From: Octopus vulgaris
Lineage: Eukaryota
Direction of reading: 5' to 3'
NCBI GenBank assembly: GCA_951406725.2
Contig: OX597825.1
Span: forward strand, 14,074,001-14,138,000
Length of the DNA stretch: 64,000 nucleotides
This document shows, one piece after another, positions 42,403 to 54,942 of the stretch (positions within the stretch are counted from its first letter, which is position 1; each line of letters begins with the position of its first letter). A program made the translations under genes and the position numbers. The notes beneath the pieces were generated by a model, which was given only the letters and a program-made list of their open reading frames with translations, did no database searches and was not told where the DNA came from.

Positions 42403-42798
42403 GCGAGCTGGCAGAAACGTTAGCACGCCGGGCGAAATGCTTAGCGGTATTTCGTCTGCCGCTACATTCTGAGTTCAAATTCCACCGAGGTCTGCTTTGC
42501 CTTTCATCCTTTCGGGGTCGATAAATTAAGTACCAGTTACGCACTGGGATCGATATAATCGACTTAATCCGTTTGTATGTCCTTGTTTGTCCTCTCTGTA
42601 TTTAGCCCCTTGTGGGTAGTAAAAAAATAGGTATTTCGTCTGCCGTTACGTTCTGAGTTCAAATTCCACCAAGGTTGACTTAGTCTTTCATCTTTTCGAA
42701 GTCGATAAATTAAGTTCCAGTTGCGTACTGGTGTCGATCAAATCGACTGGCTCCCACCCCAAAACTTTCGGGCCTTGTGCCTAGAGTAGGAAAGAATA
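42403..42798 (+). mobile_element. SINE family A, full dimeric copy
   Basis: GCGAGCTGGCAGAAACGTTAGC head, two cores and terminal tail GGCCTTGTGCCTAGAGTAG. Confidence 0.9.
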
Positions 42799-43700
42799 TT
42801 TGATTTAATTTAATTATAAAATATAATATGATTTTTTAAAAAAATAATGACTGGTCAGGAAGGTCTATCCACGTAAAACAGGAATCAAAGGAAATCTATG
42901 GAATAAAAAATCGTTGAAAAACACTGGCTTAATCGAACATATCGACCCCGGCATTTATACCTTTTGTTGCATTCAAGCCTGATATTTTTTCTAAATCTAC
43001 AGGTGTCTTTAGCAGAGGCGTTAAAATTAGGGGGAGTAAACAAACCAATACCGGTTGTCAGGCGGTAATGGCTGACAAACACTAACACACACACACAGAC
43101 GTAAATGTATTACATAATTGATTCTAAGTTAATTATTTTTTAATCAAAATAATTTTAGACGTAACTGTAAATCATAATCACATTTCATCTATTGATTTTA
43201 AAAGTTACTTTAACTTATATTCACTTGAATATATTTCCTTTTATCAAAAGATAATTGTTTTAGCTACCGAATAATGTCTAAAAAAAATTGCTATATTTTG
43301 AAAAGATAAGTCTTTCTCTTTTATGGTATTTTTGTTACTTCTTTGTATACCAAGTAAAGAGAAAAGAAAACATACATATAGATTCCTTATACTTATAGCT
43401 CCTGGTCTAACTATTTCTATTTTAAACTTTATTAACTCAAAGATGCTTCATACTACATTTAGCTTAATGATACATAATCTTTAATAAAGATATAAAATTG
43501 TGTTGTATTTACAAGTTTCGGTGTTAATTTAGATATAACGAATGAAAAAAAAAAAAAAAGTGTAATATTGTGTTTGAAATATTTTTTTATAATATGAAAT
43601 ATTGCAGACATCTTTTAAAATTACTTTTCAAGTTAGTTTCAAGTGTTTATTATTTAGAATTTTTACTGTATGGTTAAATATATAAATGTACAGAAAGGGT

Positions 43701-43755
<55 letters not shown>

Positions 43756-43756
<1 letters not shown>

Positions 43757-43991
43757 CCTAGTTCATTATTGCTCACAAGGGGCTAAACATAGTGGGTACA
43801 AACACGGACAGACAAAGGGATTAAGTCGATTACATCGACCCCAGTGCGTAACTGCTACTTAATTAATCGACGCCGAAAGAATGAAAGGCAAAGTCGACCT
43901 GGGCGGAATTTGAACTCAGAACGTAACGGCAGACGAAATACCGATAATCATTTCGCCCAGCGTGCTACCGATTCTGCCAGCTCGCCGCCTT
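43756..43991 (-). mobile_element. SINE family A monomer next to (GA)n
   Basis: Reverse complement, ending TTCTGCCAGCTCGCCGCCTT. Confidence 0.85.
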
Positions 43992-44806
43992 AAAGAGAGA
44001 GAAAAAGGTTCTGATTCTAAGGGCTGACAAATTCAAGAGAAGAAATGTTCTGCCACTTAGAATAAAGAACTTAAAGATAAACATCATAGTGAATACAATA
44101 TTTCATTAGACTAACGATTGTGGATTAAATGATATATATATATATATATCCTCCTTCCTGTCGCTCACCGGCGACGATACTTCCGCTCTGACTGTATTTC
44201 TGGCCTGGCCTTTCAAGGTAATGGACGACATTCTTCCTGCTCTTCTCGTCGTTCACAAAAAATTCTGCGTTTGCAATACTTGTTTTCGTTCGGCGTCAAC
44301 AGCCCTTCTTATCTTGTTTTTCCCTGTCCTGTCTTTTACCGTTTATATTTTGTACTGTCGGTACTGTCCTGTTTTTTTACCATTTTTTTTAACATTTTTT
44401 ACCCCTCTGCGAAAAGATCTCAGAATTTTAATTGATTTGCTTTTCGCAGGAAGGAAAGTTTCTTGTCGAAGATACGTCTCGCTTTTATCCTTCGAAACGT
44501 AGAGTAGATGAAACCATAGCGACTGAAGAAGGGGTTTTTTCTTTGTGTTAATTGTCCTGTACTCCATTTTTTTGTTGTTTTTAAAAAAATGTCCAGTTCC
44601 CTTGTTTTGTGTCTATGTTTTCGTTTCTCCTTGTGTTCGACGTCCATTTGGTGTCCTGTACTCATATATGCGAGTATATATGTACATGTAGAGGTAGGTA
44701 CGTACATATATGTTTATATATATGTATATGTTTTATTTCATTTATTAATATATATATATATATATATATATAAATAGGTAGGTAGGTTGGTAGGTATACG
44801 TACGTA

Positions 44807-45207
44807 TACTCTTTGTACTCTTTTACTTGTTTCGATCATTTGACTGCGGCCATGCGGGATCACCGCCTTTAGTCGAACAAATCGACCCAGGACTTATTCT
44901 TTGTAAGCCTAGTACTTATTCTATCGGTGTCTTTTGCCGAACCGCTAAGTTACGGGGACGTAAACACACCAGCATCGGTTGACAAGCGATGTTGGGGAGA
45001 CAAACACAGACACACAAATATACAAGCACACACACATATATACATATATACGACGGGTTTCTTTCAGTTTCCGTCTATCAAATCCGCTTACAAGGCTTTG
45101 GTCAGCCCGATGCTATAATAGAAGACACTTGCCCAAGGTGCCACGTAGTGGGACTAAACCCGGAACCATGTGGTTGGTAAGCAAGCTAGTTACCACACAG
45201 CCATTCC
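44807..45207 (-). mobile_element. SINE family B, full length
   Basis: Reverse complement of the family sequence. Confidence 0.88.
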
Positions 45208-45863
45208 TATGTATAGTAAAACAAACTGATCGCAGTACTCTCTAAAGTCTGTCGCTTTTGTCGTTTTCTTTTTAAAAAATGCTCAGTTACGGCGACGTAA
45301 AGAAAACGACACCGGATTTTGCGGTGCCGGAGGATACGCACATATACGACGGGTTTCCGCACATTTTCCATGTTTATCAAATTTGCTTACAGATAATTTG
45401 TCAATCCAGAGAGTGGGTCTGTTGTGGAAACGACATGGCTGCAGAGGAAACCTCTTAACCGTACAGTCATGTCAACACCATATACACACTTGAAATTACT
45501 TAACATTTACAATGTAATAATATCTTTTAGATTAGTTCACCCTATTACTATACTTTACTAATGAATATAGTCATGTGCAATCCCCAAATTCCAAATTCAG
45601 TGACTGATTTCATTTGTTCGTTAACCGTCAAAATAATCCATACAATCACACGTATTAAATTTCCCATACACTCACTACACAACGCTGATCGCGTATCTCT
45701 TCTCTTCTCATTAGTCTTCCTCCATCTAATTGTATATTGAAGGCAGTCATACTCTTATTATTTCTATATGCCCTGTTTTTTTTTTCTGTATACTTCGTCG
45801 AAAAATCTACTATCATTGAGAAGTAAATTGGCTCCAGCGTAGATGCAATCAACTTCCACTCGC

Positions 45864-45957
<94 letters not shown>

Positions 45958-45958
45958 A

Positions 45959-46017
<59 letters not shown>

Positions 46018-46026
46018 ATATCTATA

Positions 46027-46081
<55 letters not shown>

Positions 46082-46109
46082 ATATCTATCTATCTATCAA
46101 CCTATCTGT

Positions 46110-46154
<45 letters not shown>

Positions 46155-46219
46155 CTCATAGTTATTTCGATCTTGAAAGGATGGACTTGGTGCTAACTTA
46201 ACTGTATCTATTTTTATTA

Positions 46220-46292
<73 letters not shown>

Positions 46293-46325
46293 TATTATTA
46301 TTATTATTATTATTACTATTATTAA
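45864..46325. repeat. (TATC)n, (TA)n and (TTA)n microsatellites
   Basis: Seen directly. Confidence 0.92.
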
Positions 46326-46669
46326 TATTAATAGTAATTTTTATTAACTTTTATAGCTTTAGAATTTTATGAACTGTAACATGGTTTTAATTATTATTTT
46401 TCATCTCCATATGTGTTAGCTTCTTTTTATAAAAAACTATTAGCCAAATATGTATAATATCGGTACTTATTAATATTAATATATACACTGTTATATATTT
46501 TGTTTTATTTTGTTCTGTTTACCTTCCTTTTTTGTACAAATGTGTATTATATTATATAAGTGTAGCATTATGATGTATAAGTTTTTATATTTTACATTTT
46601 TATATTTTTATATTTATATGTATATGATTATATAATATTTTTCACTATTATAACAAATTTAATTTAATT

Positions 46670-46777
46670 CTCTGAAGAGGCCGTGGGGCATCCTTGTTAA
46701 TGCCTCATTTATACCTGCCTTTATGGCTTATAGGTTAAATGAGATATGACTGCCCTCACTGCCGAAACAGCTGTCAG
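46670..46777 (+). ncRNA. Type I hammerhead ribozyme motif with a long stem II
   Basis: CT-CTGAAGA-GGC.GTGGGGCA...CTCATTT..ACCT...AGGT.AAATGAG...TGCCCTCAC.GCC-GAAA-CAGCTG-TC-AG. Stem III is the palindrome ACAGCTGT. Stem I is weak. Confidence 0.7.
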
Positions 46778-46974
46778 TTTTGATTTATTTGCATATTATA
46801 TTTGAAATTTTTTACTTATATCTCTTTATCTTTTTACTATTACTGTATATCTCATTTCATTTTATATATTGCCTTTACTCATATGTAATGGTGTATTAAA
46901 GTATGGATTGAGTATCATCGGATAGTTGATGTTTTACTGATTTAAGTATGTTTCTCCATTCTCTAATTTTGTTG

Positions 46975-47012
<38 letters not shown>

Positions 47013-47290
47013 TTAATAAGGGTGAGAGAATTAGATACTAATTTAATAGTATATTTATTCCACACCAAGTGGCCTAGTGCTACGAGAAACCTGGATTATT
47101 ATAATATTTTATAACATATTATAATATTTTCACAAAATAAATATAAGAGAGTGTTCACTATATTGATCACTCTAGCACCAGTTAATCCAAGAGGTTTCAA
47201 CCACGAAAAATACATGTTTCCCATGAAAGCCGGTACGACTGTTAGCTCACACGGACAGGGCAAATAAAAAATAACAAAAATACAGATTAT

Positions 47291-47368
47291 CTTGGGACAA
47301 TTGTTTCGCTATTAATGAATTAAATGTAATATTACTTACATTAATCCATTTGTAGCTCTTCAGCCAAG
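47291..47368 (-). ncRNA. Type I hammerhead ribozyme, array copy 1
   Basis: Minus strand: CTTGG-CTGAAGA-GCTA[long hairpin]TAGC-GAAA-CAATTG-TC^CCAAG. Confidence 0.88.
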
Positions 47369-47824
47369 GCTATCTTGATGAAATCCACTCAATCACACGC
47401 CAGATTTTACCATAACGATAATTACGCGTGCGGTTCAATTGATTACATCGGACGTTATAATTCAAATGCCCCAACCAACAGCGCGCCAAACTCACACGGA
47501 AAACAAATACAGCATTTAGAAATAAATGCAGCATAATTATAATTAATTAATAAGGGTGAGAGAATTAGATACTAATTTAATAGTATATTTATTCCACACC
47601 AAGTGGCCTAGTGCTACGAGAAACCTGGATTATTATAATATTTTATAACATATTATAATATTTTCACAAAATAAATATAAGAGAGTGTTCACTATATTGA
47701 TCACTCTAGCACCAGTTAATCCAAGAGGTTTCAACCACGAAAAATACATGTTTCCCATGAAAGCCGGTACGACTGTTAGCTCACACGGACAGGGCAAATA
47801 AAAAATAACAAAAATACAGATTAT

Positions 47825-47902
47825 CTTGGGACAATTGTTTCGCTATTAATGAATTAAATGTAATATTACTTACATTAATCCATTTGTAGCTCTTCAGCCA
47901 AG
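47825..47902 (-). ncRNA. Type I hammerhead ribozyme, array copy 2
   Basis: Same motif as copy 1, offset by 534. Confidence 0.88.
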
Positions 47903-48358
47903 GCTATCTTGATGAAATCCACTCAATCACACGCCAGATTTTACCATAACGATAATTACGCGTGCGGTTCAATTGATTACATCGGACGTTATAATTCAAA
48001 TGCCCCAACCAACAGCGCGCCAAACTCACACGGAAAACAAATACAGCATTTAGAAATAAATGCAGCATAATTATAATTAATTAATAAGGGTGAGAGAATT
48101 AGATACTAATTTAATAGTATATTTATTCCACACCAAGTGGCCTAGTGCTACGAGAAACCTGGATTATTATAATATTTTATAACATATTATAATATTTTCA
48201 CAAAATAAATATAAGAGAGTGTTCACTATATTGATCACTCTAGCACCAGTTAATCCAAGAGGTTTCAACCACGAAAAATACATGTTTCCCATGAAAGCCG
48301 GTACGACTGTTAGCTCACACGGACAGGGCAAATAAAAAATAACAAAAATACAGATTAT

Positions 48359-48436
48359 CTTGGGACAATTGTTTCGCTATTAATGAATTAAATGTAATAT
48401 TACTTACATTAATCCATTTGTAGCTCTTCAGCCAAG
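48359..48436 (-). ncRNA. Type I hammerhead ribozyme, array copy 3
   Basis: Same motif as copy 1, offset by 1068. Confidence 0.88.
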
Positions 48437-48892
48437 GCTATCTTGATGAAATCCACTCAATCACACGCCAGATTTTACCATAACGATAATTACGCGTGCG
48501 GTTCAATTGATTACATCGGACGTTATAATTCAAATGCCCCAACCAACAGCGCGCCAAACTCACACGGAAAACAAATACAGCATTTAGAAATAAATGCAGC
48601 ATAATTATAATTAATTAATAAGGGTGAGAGAATTAGATACTAATTTAATAGTATATTTATTCCACACCAAGTGGCCTAGTGCTACGAGAAACCTGGATTA
48701 TTATAATATTTTATAACATATTATAATATTTTCACAAAATAAATATAAGAGAGTGTTCACTATATTGATCACTCTAGCACCAGTTAATCCAAGAGGTTTC
48801 AACCACGAAAAATACATGTTTCCCATGAAAGCCGGTACGACTGTTAGCTCACACGGACAGGGCAAATAAAAAATAACAAAAATACAGATTAT

Positions 48893-48970
48893 CTTGGGAC
48901 AATTGTTTCGCTATTAATGAATTAAATGTAATATTACTTACATTAATCCATTTGTAGCTCTTCAGCCAAG
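48893..48970 (-). ncRNA. Type I hammerhead ribozyme, array copy 4
   Basis: Same motif as copy 1, offset by 1602. Confidence 0.88.
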
Positions 48971-49415
48971 GCTATCTTGATGAAATCCACTCAATCACAC
49001 GCCAGATTTTACCATAACGATAATTACGCGTGCGGTTCAATTGATTACATCGGACGTTATAATTCAAATGCCCCAACCAACAGCGCGCCAAACTCACACG
49101 GAAAACAAATACAGCATTTAGAAATAAATGCAGCATAATTATAATTAATTAATAAGGGTGAGAGAATTAGATACAGGCCACTTGGTGTGGAATAAATATA
49201 CTATTAAATTAGTATCTAATTCTCTCACCCTTATTAATTAATTATAATTATGCTGCATTTATTTCTAAATGCTGTATTTGTTTTCCGTGTGAGTTTGGCG
49301 CGCTGTTGGTTGGAGCATTTGAATTATAACGTCCGATGTAATCAATTGAACCGCACGCGTAATTATCGTTATGGTAAAATCTGGCGTGTGATTGAGTGGA
49401 TTTCATCAAGATAGC

Positions 49416-49493
49416 CTTGACTGAAGAGCTACAAATGGATTAATGTAAGTAATATTACATTTAATTCATTAATAGCGAAACAATTGTCCCAAG
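49416..49493 (+). ncRNA. Type I hammerhead ribozyme, copy 5 (stem I G>A variant)
   Basis: CTTGA-CTGAAGA-GCTA...TAGC-GAAA-CAATTG-TC^CCAAG. A49420 breaks the core-proximal stem I pair. Confidence 0.8.
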
Positions 49494-49950
49494 ATAATCT
49501 GTATTTTTGTTATTTTTTATTTGCCCTGTCCGTGTGAGCTAACAGTCGTACCGGCTTTCATGGGAAACATGTATTTTTTCGTGGTTGAAACCTCTTGGAT
49601 TAACTGGTGCTAGAGTGATCAATATAGTGAACACTCTCTTATATTTATTTTGTGAAAATATTATAATATGTTATAAAATATTATAATAATCCAGGTTTCT
49701 CGTAGCACTAGGCCACTTGGTGTGGAATAAATATACTATTAAATTAGTATCTAATTCTCTCACCCTTATTAATTAATTATAATTATGCTGCATTTATTTC
49801 TAAATGCTGTATTTGTTTTCCGTGTGAGTTTGGCGCGCTGTTGGTTGGGGCATTTGAATTATAACGTCCGATGTAATCAATTGAACCGCACGCGTAATTA
49901 TCGTTATGGTAAAATCTGGCGTGTGATTGAGTGGATTTCATCAAGATAGC

Positions 49951-50028
49951 CTTGGCTGAAGAGCTACAAATGGATTAATGTAAGTAATATTACATTTAAT
50001 TCATTAATAGCGAAACAATTGTCCCAAG
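49951..50028 (+). ncRNA. Type I hammerhead ribozyme, copy 6
   Basis: CTTGG(49951)-CTGAAGA-GCTA...TAGC-GAAA-CAATTG-TC(50023)^CCAAG. Confidence 0.88.
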
Positions 50029-50181
50029 ATAATCTGTATTTTTGTTATTTTTTATTTGCCCTGTCCGTGTGAGCTAACAGTCGTACCGGCTTTCATGGGA
50101 AACATGTATTTTTCGTGGTTGAAACCTCTTGGATTAACTGGTGCTAGAGTGATCAATATAGTGAACACTCTCTTATATTTT

Positions 50182-50212
<31 letters not shown>

Positions 50213-50265
50213 ATGTATATATATATATATATATGTATGTATATGTATATATATATATATGTATG

Positions 50266-50313
<48 letters not shown>

Positions 50314-50324
50314 TATATACATAC

Positions 50325-50373
<49 letters not shown>

Positions 50374-50438
50374 CATATATATATATGTATATACATATAT
50401 ATATATATGTATATACATATATATATATATGTATGCAT

Positions 50439-50501
<63 letters not shown>

Positions 50502-50600
50502 CTCAAGCCATGCCTCAGTCAAATAACTGAAACAAGTAAAAGAGTAAAAGAGTATATGTGTGCGTGTGTAGAAGGTTGAAAAGAAACACACGAGTTATGT

Positions 50601-50788
50601 ATAGAAAAAAAGTCAAAATAGAAAATTCTAAAATAATTTTATAAAAAACATTTCATTACCGGTTTCAGCCATTGAGACTTTTTCAACTGTAAGTATGGAA
50701 AACAATTACTACTGTCATGGCACTCCCACATTCTTCTTCTTCTTCTTCTTCTTCTTCTTCTTCTTCTTCTTCTTCTTTTTCTTCTTCT

Positions 50789-50820
<32 letters not shown>

Positions 50821-51092
50821 TTCTTCTTCTTCCTCCTCCTCCTCCCCCCTACCACGTACTCACAACGACCTCGAACTCACAAGAGTAAACAAGAGAGACA
50901 GGTAGAAAACAAGTAAAATGCCACTTGTATTTGAACGCTAGGCAAATATTCTTTTAAAGAAATTTTTCTTTTAACTTTTCCAAAATTTAATTGTTTTCCA
51001 TACTTACAGTTGAAAAAAGCCTCAATGACTGAACCGGTGGTGAAATGCTTTTTATAAAATTATTTTAGCATTTTCTATCTTGACTTTTTTCC

Positions 51093-51094
<2 letters not shown>
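50601..51094. repeat. Inverted repeats of about 107 bp enclosing a (TTC)n tract
   Basis: 50601-50708 is the reverse complement of 50988-51094. (TTC)n lies at 50731-50832. Confidence 0.85.
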
Positions 51095-51159
<65 letters not shown>

Positions 51160-51200
51160 GGGCTTATTAAATAGTATAACATATATAGATACATACATTT

Positions 51201-51547
51201 ATTCTTTATTCTTTTATTTGTTTCAGTCATTTGATTGGGGCCATGCTGGAGCACCGCCTTTAGTCGAACAAATCGCCCCCAGGACTTATTCTTTGTGACC
51301 TTAGTGCTTATCCTAGGGATGACTTTTGCCAAACCGCTAAGTTTGTCTGTGTTTGTCCCCCGACCATCGCTTGATAATCAATGTTGGTGTGTTTACTTCT
51401 CCGAAAACTAGCGGTTCGGCAAGAGTCACCGATAGAATGAGTACCAGACTTACAAAGAAGAAATCGTACGGTCAATTTGTTTGACTAAAGGCGCTGCTCC
51501 AGCATGGCCACAGTGAAATGACTGAAACAAGTAAAGAATAAATGAAT
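51201..51547. mobile_element. Fused inverted pair of SINE-B 3' halves
   Basis: Minus tail 51201-51343 is joined directly to a plus 3' half at 51343-51547. Confidence 0.8.
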
Positions 51548-51793
51548 ATATATATATTGGGAAGCAGGCTTCTTACTACACAATCGTTCCTATTTTCATA
51601 GTATCGATTTTAATTTTATCGATTTAAAGACATAGTCCCGAAACGCGCGTTGTCAATTTAATGTTTATTTAACTTATTGATTTTTTGAATAATATTTATT
51701 ATAGTATATTTAAATTTTTTCTATATAATATAGATAATGTCTTTCACTATTGAATTGCTTAATAGAGGCCATTTCTCTTAATTATAAATATAC

Positions 51794-51838
<45 letters not shown>

Positions 51839-51998
51839 AGAGGTATAGATTCAATCCCCACAGGTACTGATACCCACTGTTTTCTACCATGGTGTTATAT
51901 GCCCCAATATTCCACTATTTTCTTTAGTCAATACAAAGTGATCGCTTATATGCTTTAAGCTCATAATTACCATTATCATTTATATATTAGAGAATACA

Positions 51999-52088
<90 letters not shown>

Positions 52089-52492
52089 CATATATACATA
52101 CGCACACACATGTGAAGAAAACATCCATATTTATATATATGCATGGATGCGTCCTTTAACTGTCCGCCCTTCACCACTGTCTCACACTCACCGTATGTCT
52201 GTATATTCCTTGTTAAATGAAATAATGGCAATACCTCACCAGGAAGCGTCTGGGTCCTAATTAAGAAACAAGATACGAGAAAGTGTGCGTATTTGTTCAG
52301 TATTGTTTACTCCTCTAAGCAAAAGTGCAGAAGAAATTTACAGTGAATAAGCTGTCACGTAGGCAGGAACTTAATGAAAATATAATGGAGAACGGATTTA
52401 CGTCGAATTTCTCGAATAAGAACAGATTAATGTACCGAGAAATACGCACTCACATGACATGCTCACTTATGCAGGTGTGTTTACACTGGTGA

Positions 52493-52550
<58 letters not shown>

Positions 52551-52555
52551 TATGC

Positions 52556-52618
<63 letters not shown>

Positions 52619-52685
52619 CATATATATATACATATATATACAGATATATATATATATACATGAATATATATACGCACATATATAC

Positions 52686-52737
<52 letters not shown>

Positions 52738-52835
52738 CTATATACATATATGTTCACACACACTTCCCCTACACACACACATATATATATATACAGACAC
52801 AAGCACACACACCCGTACATACATACATATATATA

Positions 52836-52899
<64 letters not shown>

Positions 52900-52900
<1 letters not shown>

Positions 52901-53746
52901 TGGATGCAATGGGTAAATTGTCGTCATATTTCAAATTCAACTTCGCAGCATGTGTATTGTTTGCATTCTTGTTTTGTCGACTACACAGTACAGTAGGGTC
53001 ACTTGGGCACCGTCTGTGAGAAAAATTAGCACTATGACGCAATTCACTCTGTCTGAAATTTGGAAACGACATGCTGTACTGCGTGGCATTCACGTCGGAA
53101 ACTACAAAACGAACATCTCAGATTGTTTGGGTGTCAATCTGTGGACTGGGCAAGCTGAGGACATGTACCGAGAGTGATAAAAATCAAACATCCAGTCAAC
53201 ATCATCGTGTTTGGAGTGACCATTAGTGAGGGAGACATTATACGTCCATTTATCTTCCCACACGGCCTCAGACTCAACGCGGAGGTCTACATTAAGTGCC
53301 TGCCGGAGTTAGTGCTGCCTTGGGACAAGAAGGTGACTGCTGGAAGACCCTATGCCTGGCGACAGGACTCTGCACCATGCCACACAAACAGGATGGTTCT
53401 CAGATAATTTCTGCGACCACATCATGCCTAAACTCTGGCCACCTAACCTCCCAGAATGCAATCCCCTTGAATATTAGCCGTGGAACGCAGTTGAGCGAGA
53501 GACCAACAAAACTCCTTGTAACACCTTTAAAACCAAAGATGAACTGAAGGGAAGGATTATAAATCATTCACCAACTTAAACAAGGAGACCGTCCGGTTGA
53601 GCTGGAGGAGAATTCAAAGTCAGTGGCGATTTTATTGGATGAATTTACGCTTTAGTATTTCAAGATATTTTTATGTAATTTTGGTAAATATATCTGTAAA
53701 AAAGGAGATGTGAGTATTATTTCCATTTTTGCGTAATTTAGACGAC
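52900..53746 (+). mobile_element. Internally deleted Tc1/mariner transposon, maT (DD37D)-like
   Basis: KHPVNIIVFGV...PYAWRQDSAPCHT, then frameshifted WFSDNFCDH..LWPPNLPECNPLEY. Begins after TA. ATTGTCGTC near the 5' end matches GACGAC at the 3' end. Confidence 0.85.
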
Positions 53747-53751
53747 GATAT

Positions 53752-54331
53752 ATTCTTTTTTATTCTAGGCACAGGACCCGTCATTTTTGGGGAGGGGCAG
53801 TCGATTATATCGGCCCCAGTATGCTACAAGTACTCAATATATCGATCCCGAAAGATGAAAGACAAAGTCGACCTCGGCGGAATTTGAACTCAGAACGTAA
53901 AGACAGAGGAAATACCTATTTCTTTACTACCCACAAAGGGTTAAACATAGAGAGAACAAACAAGGACAGACAAACGAATTAAGTCGATTACATCGACCCC
54001 AGTGCGTAACTGGTACTTATTTAATCGACCCCGAAAGGATGAAAGGCAAAGTCGACCTCAGCGGAATTTGAACACAGAACGTAGTGGCAGACGAAATACC
54101 TATTTCTTTACTACCCACAAGGGGCTAAACATAGAGGGGACAAACAAGGACAGGCATAGGTATTAAGTCGGTTACATCGACCCCAGTGCGTAACTGGTAC
54201 TTAATTCATCGACCCCAAAAGGATGAAAGGCAAAGTCGACCTCGGTGGAATTTGAACTCAGAACGTAACGGCTGACGAAATACCGCTAAGCATTTCGCCC
54301 GGGGTGCTAACGTTTCTGCTAGCTCGTCCCC
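53752..54331 (-). mobile_element. SINE family A trimer with TSD (TT)AGACGAC
   Basis: Three cores in reverse complement. TTAGACGAC at 53738-53746 and 54332-54340. Confidence 0.9.
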
Positions 54332-54764
54332 TTAGACGACATAGCACCGAAGTAAATCTTGGTCTAGTTGACGAGTCCAATTAAAATAAGAAGAGTACTT
54401 AGGTCTTCTTAATTAACTTTACTGCCGAAGTAGTTTCTGTTTCCATCGGTGGTGACGTTGTTAGTTTCATCTGAGGTGGTGTTAGTTTCAGCCATAATCG
54501 TGTTAGCGAGATTCCATATGGTCTAGATGTACGTTTTAGAATCTGTTCTGGATAGAGCTATGATGCCGAGTAAAAAGGCGTTTCTTTAATTAATTATTGG
54601 AGAAATAAACCAGTTACCGATTTAGGCTGGAGGAGTCGGCATATTTCTAGAGGTAGGCGTTGAAAACGGACTTTTTAAGCGGTCCTCTACACCTGCACGT
54701 CCGATGTTGACGGCGAAAATATATATGTATGTATGTGCATATGTGTGCATACATAATACATACA

Positions 54765-54826
<62 letters not shown>

Positions 54827-54891
54827 CATACATACATATATATATATACATACATACACGCACACACACACATATATATACGTATATATAT

Positions 54892-54939
<48 letters not shown>

Positions 54940-54942
54940 GAA

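Larger units (their letters stand above)
47003..49174 (-). repeat. Four head-to-tail 534-bp non-coding units, each with a hammerhead ribozyme (retrozyme or Penelope pLTR-like)
   Basis: TAAGGGTGAG at 47017, 47551, 48085, 48619 and 49153 (period 534). No ORF of 60 aa or more. One HHR per unit. Confidence 0.93.
49175..50180 (+). repeat. Inverted arm: about 1.9 copies of the 534-bp unit
   Basis: AGGCCACTTGGTGTGG at 49175 and 49710 is the reverse complement of the forward units. The arm ends in (TA)n. Confidence 0.93.

Noticed and set aside
44400-44665. Hammerhead-like TTGTCGAAGA...TCGAAACGTAGAG in a Penelope-like tail
   Set aside because: The core and stem II are too degenerate to call.
51625-51660. 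GAC-ATA-GTCCC-GAAACGCGCGTTG hammerhead right half
   Set aside because: The CUGANGA half is missing.
54340-54495. Minus-strand MAETNTTSDETNNVTTDG...*...LLILIGLVN* resembling a GPCR N-terminus and TM1
   Set aside because: It has two stops within 45 codons, no further TM segments and only a weak donor site. Likely chance.
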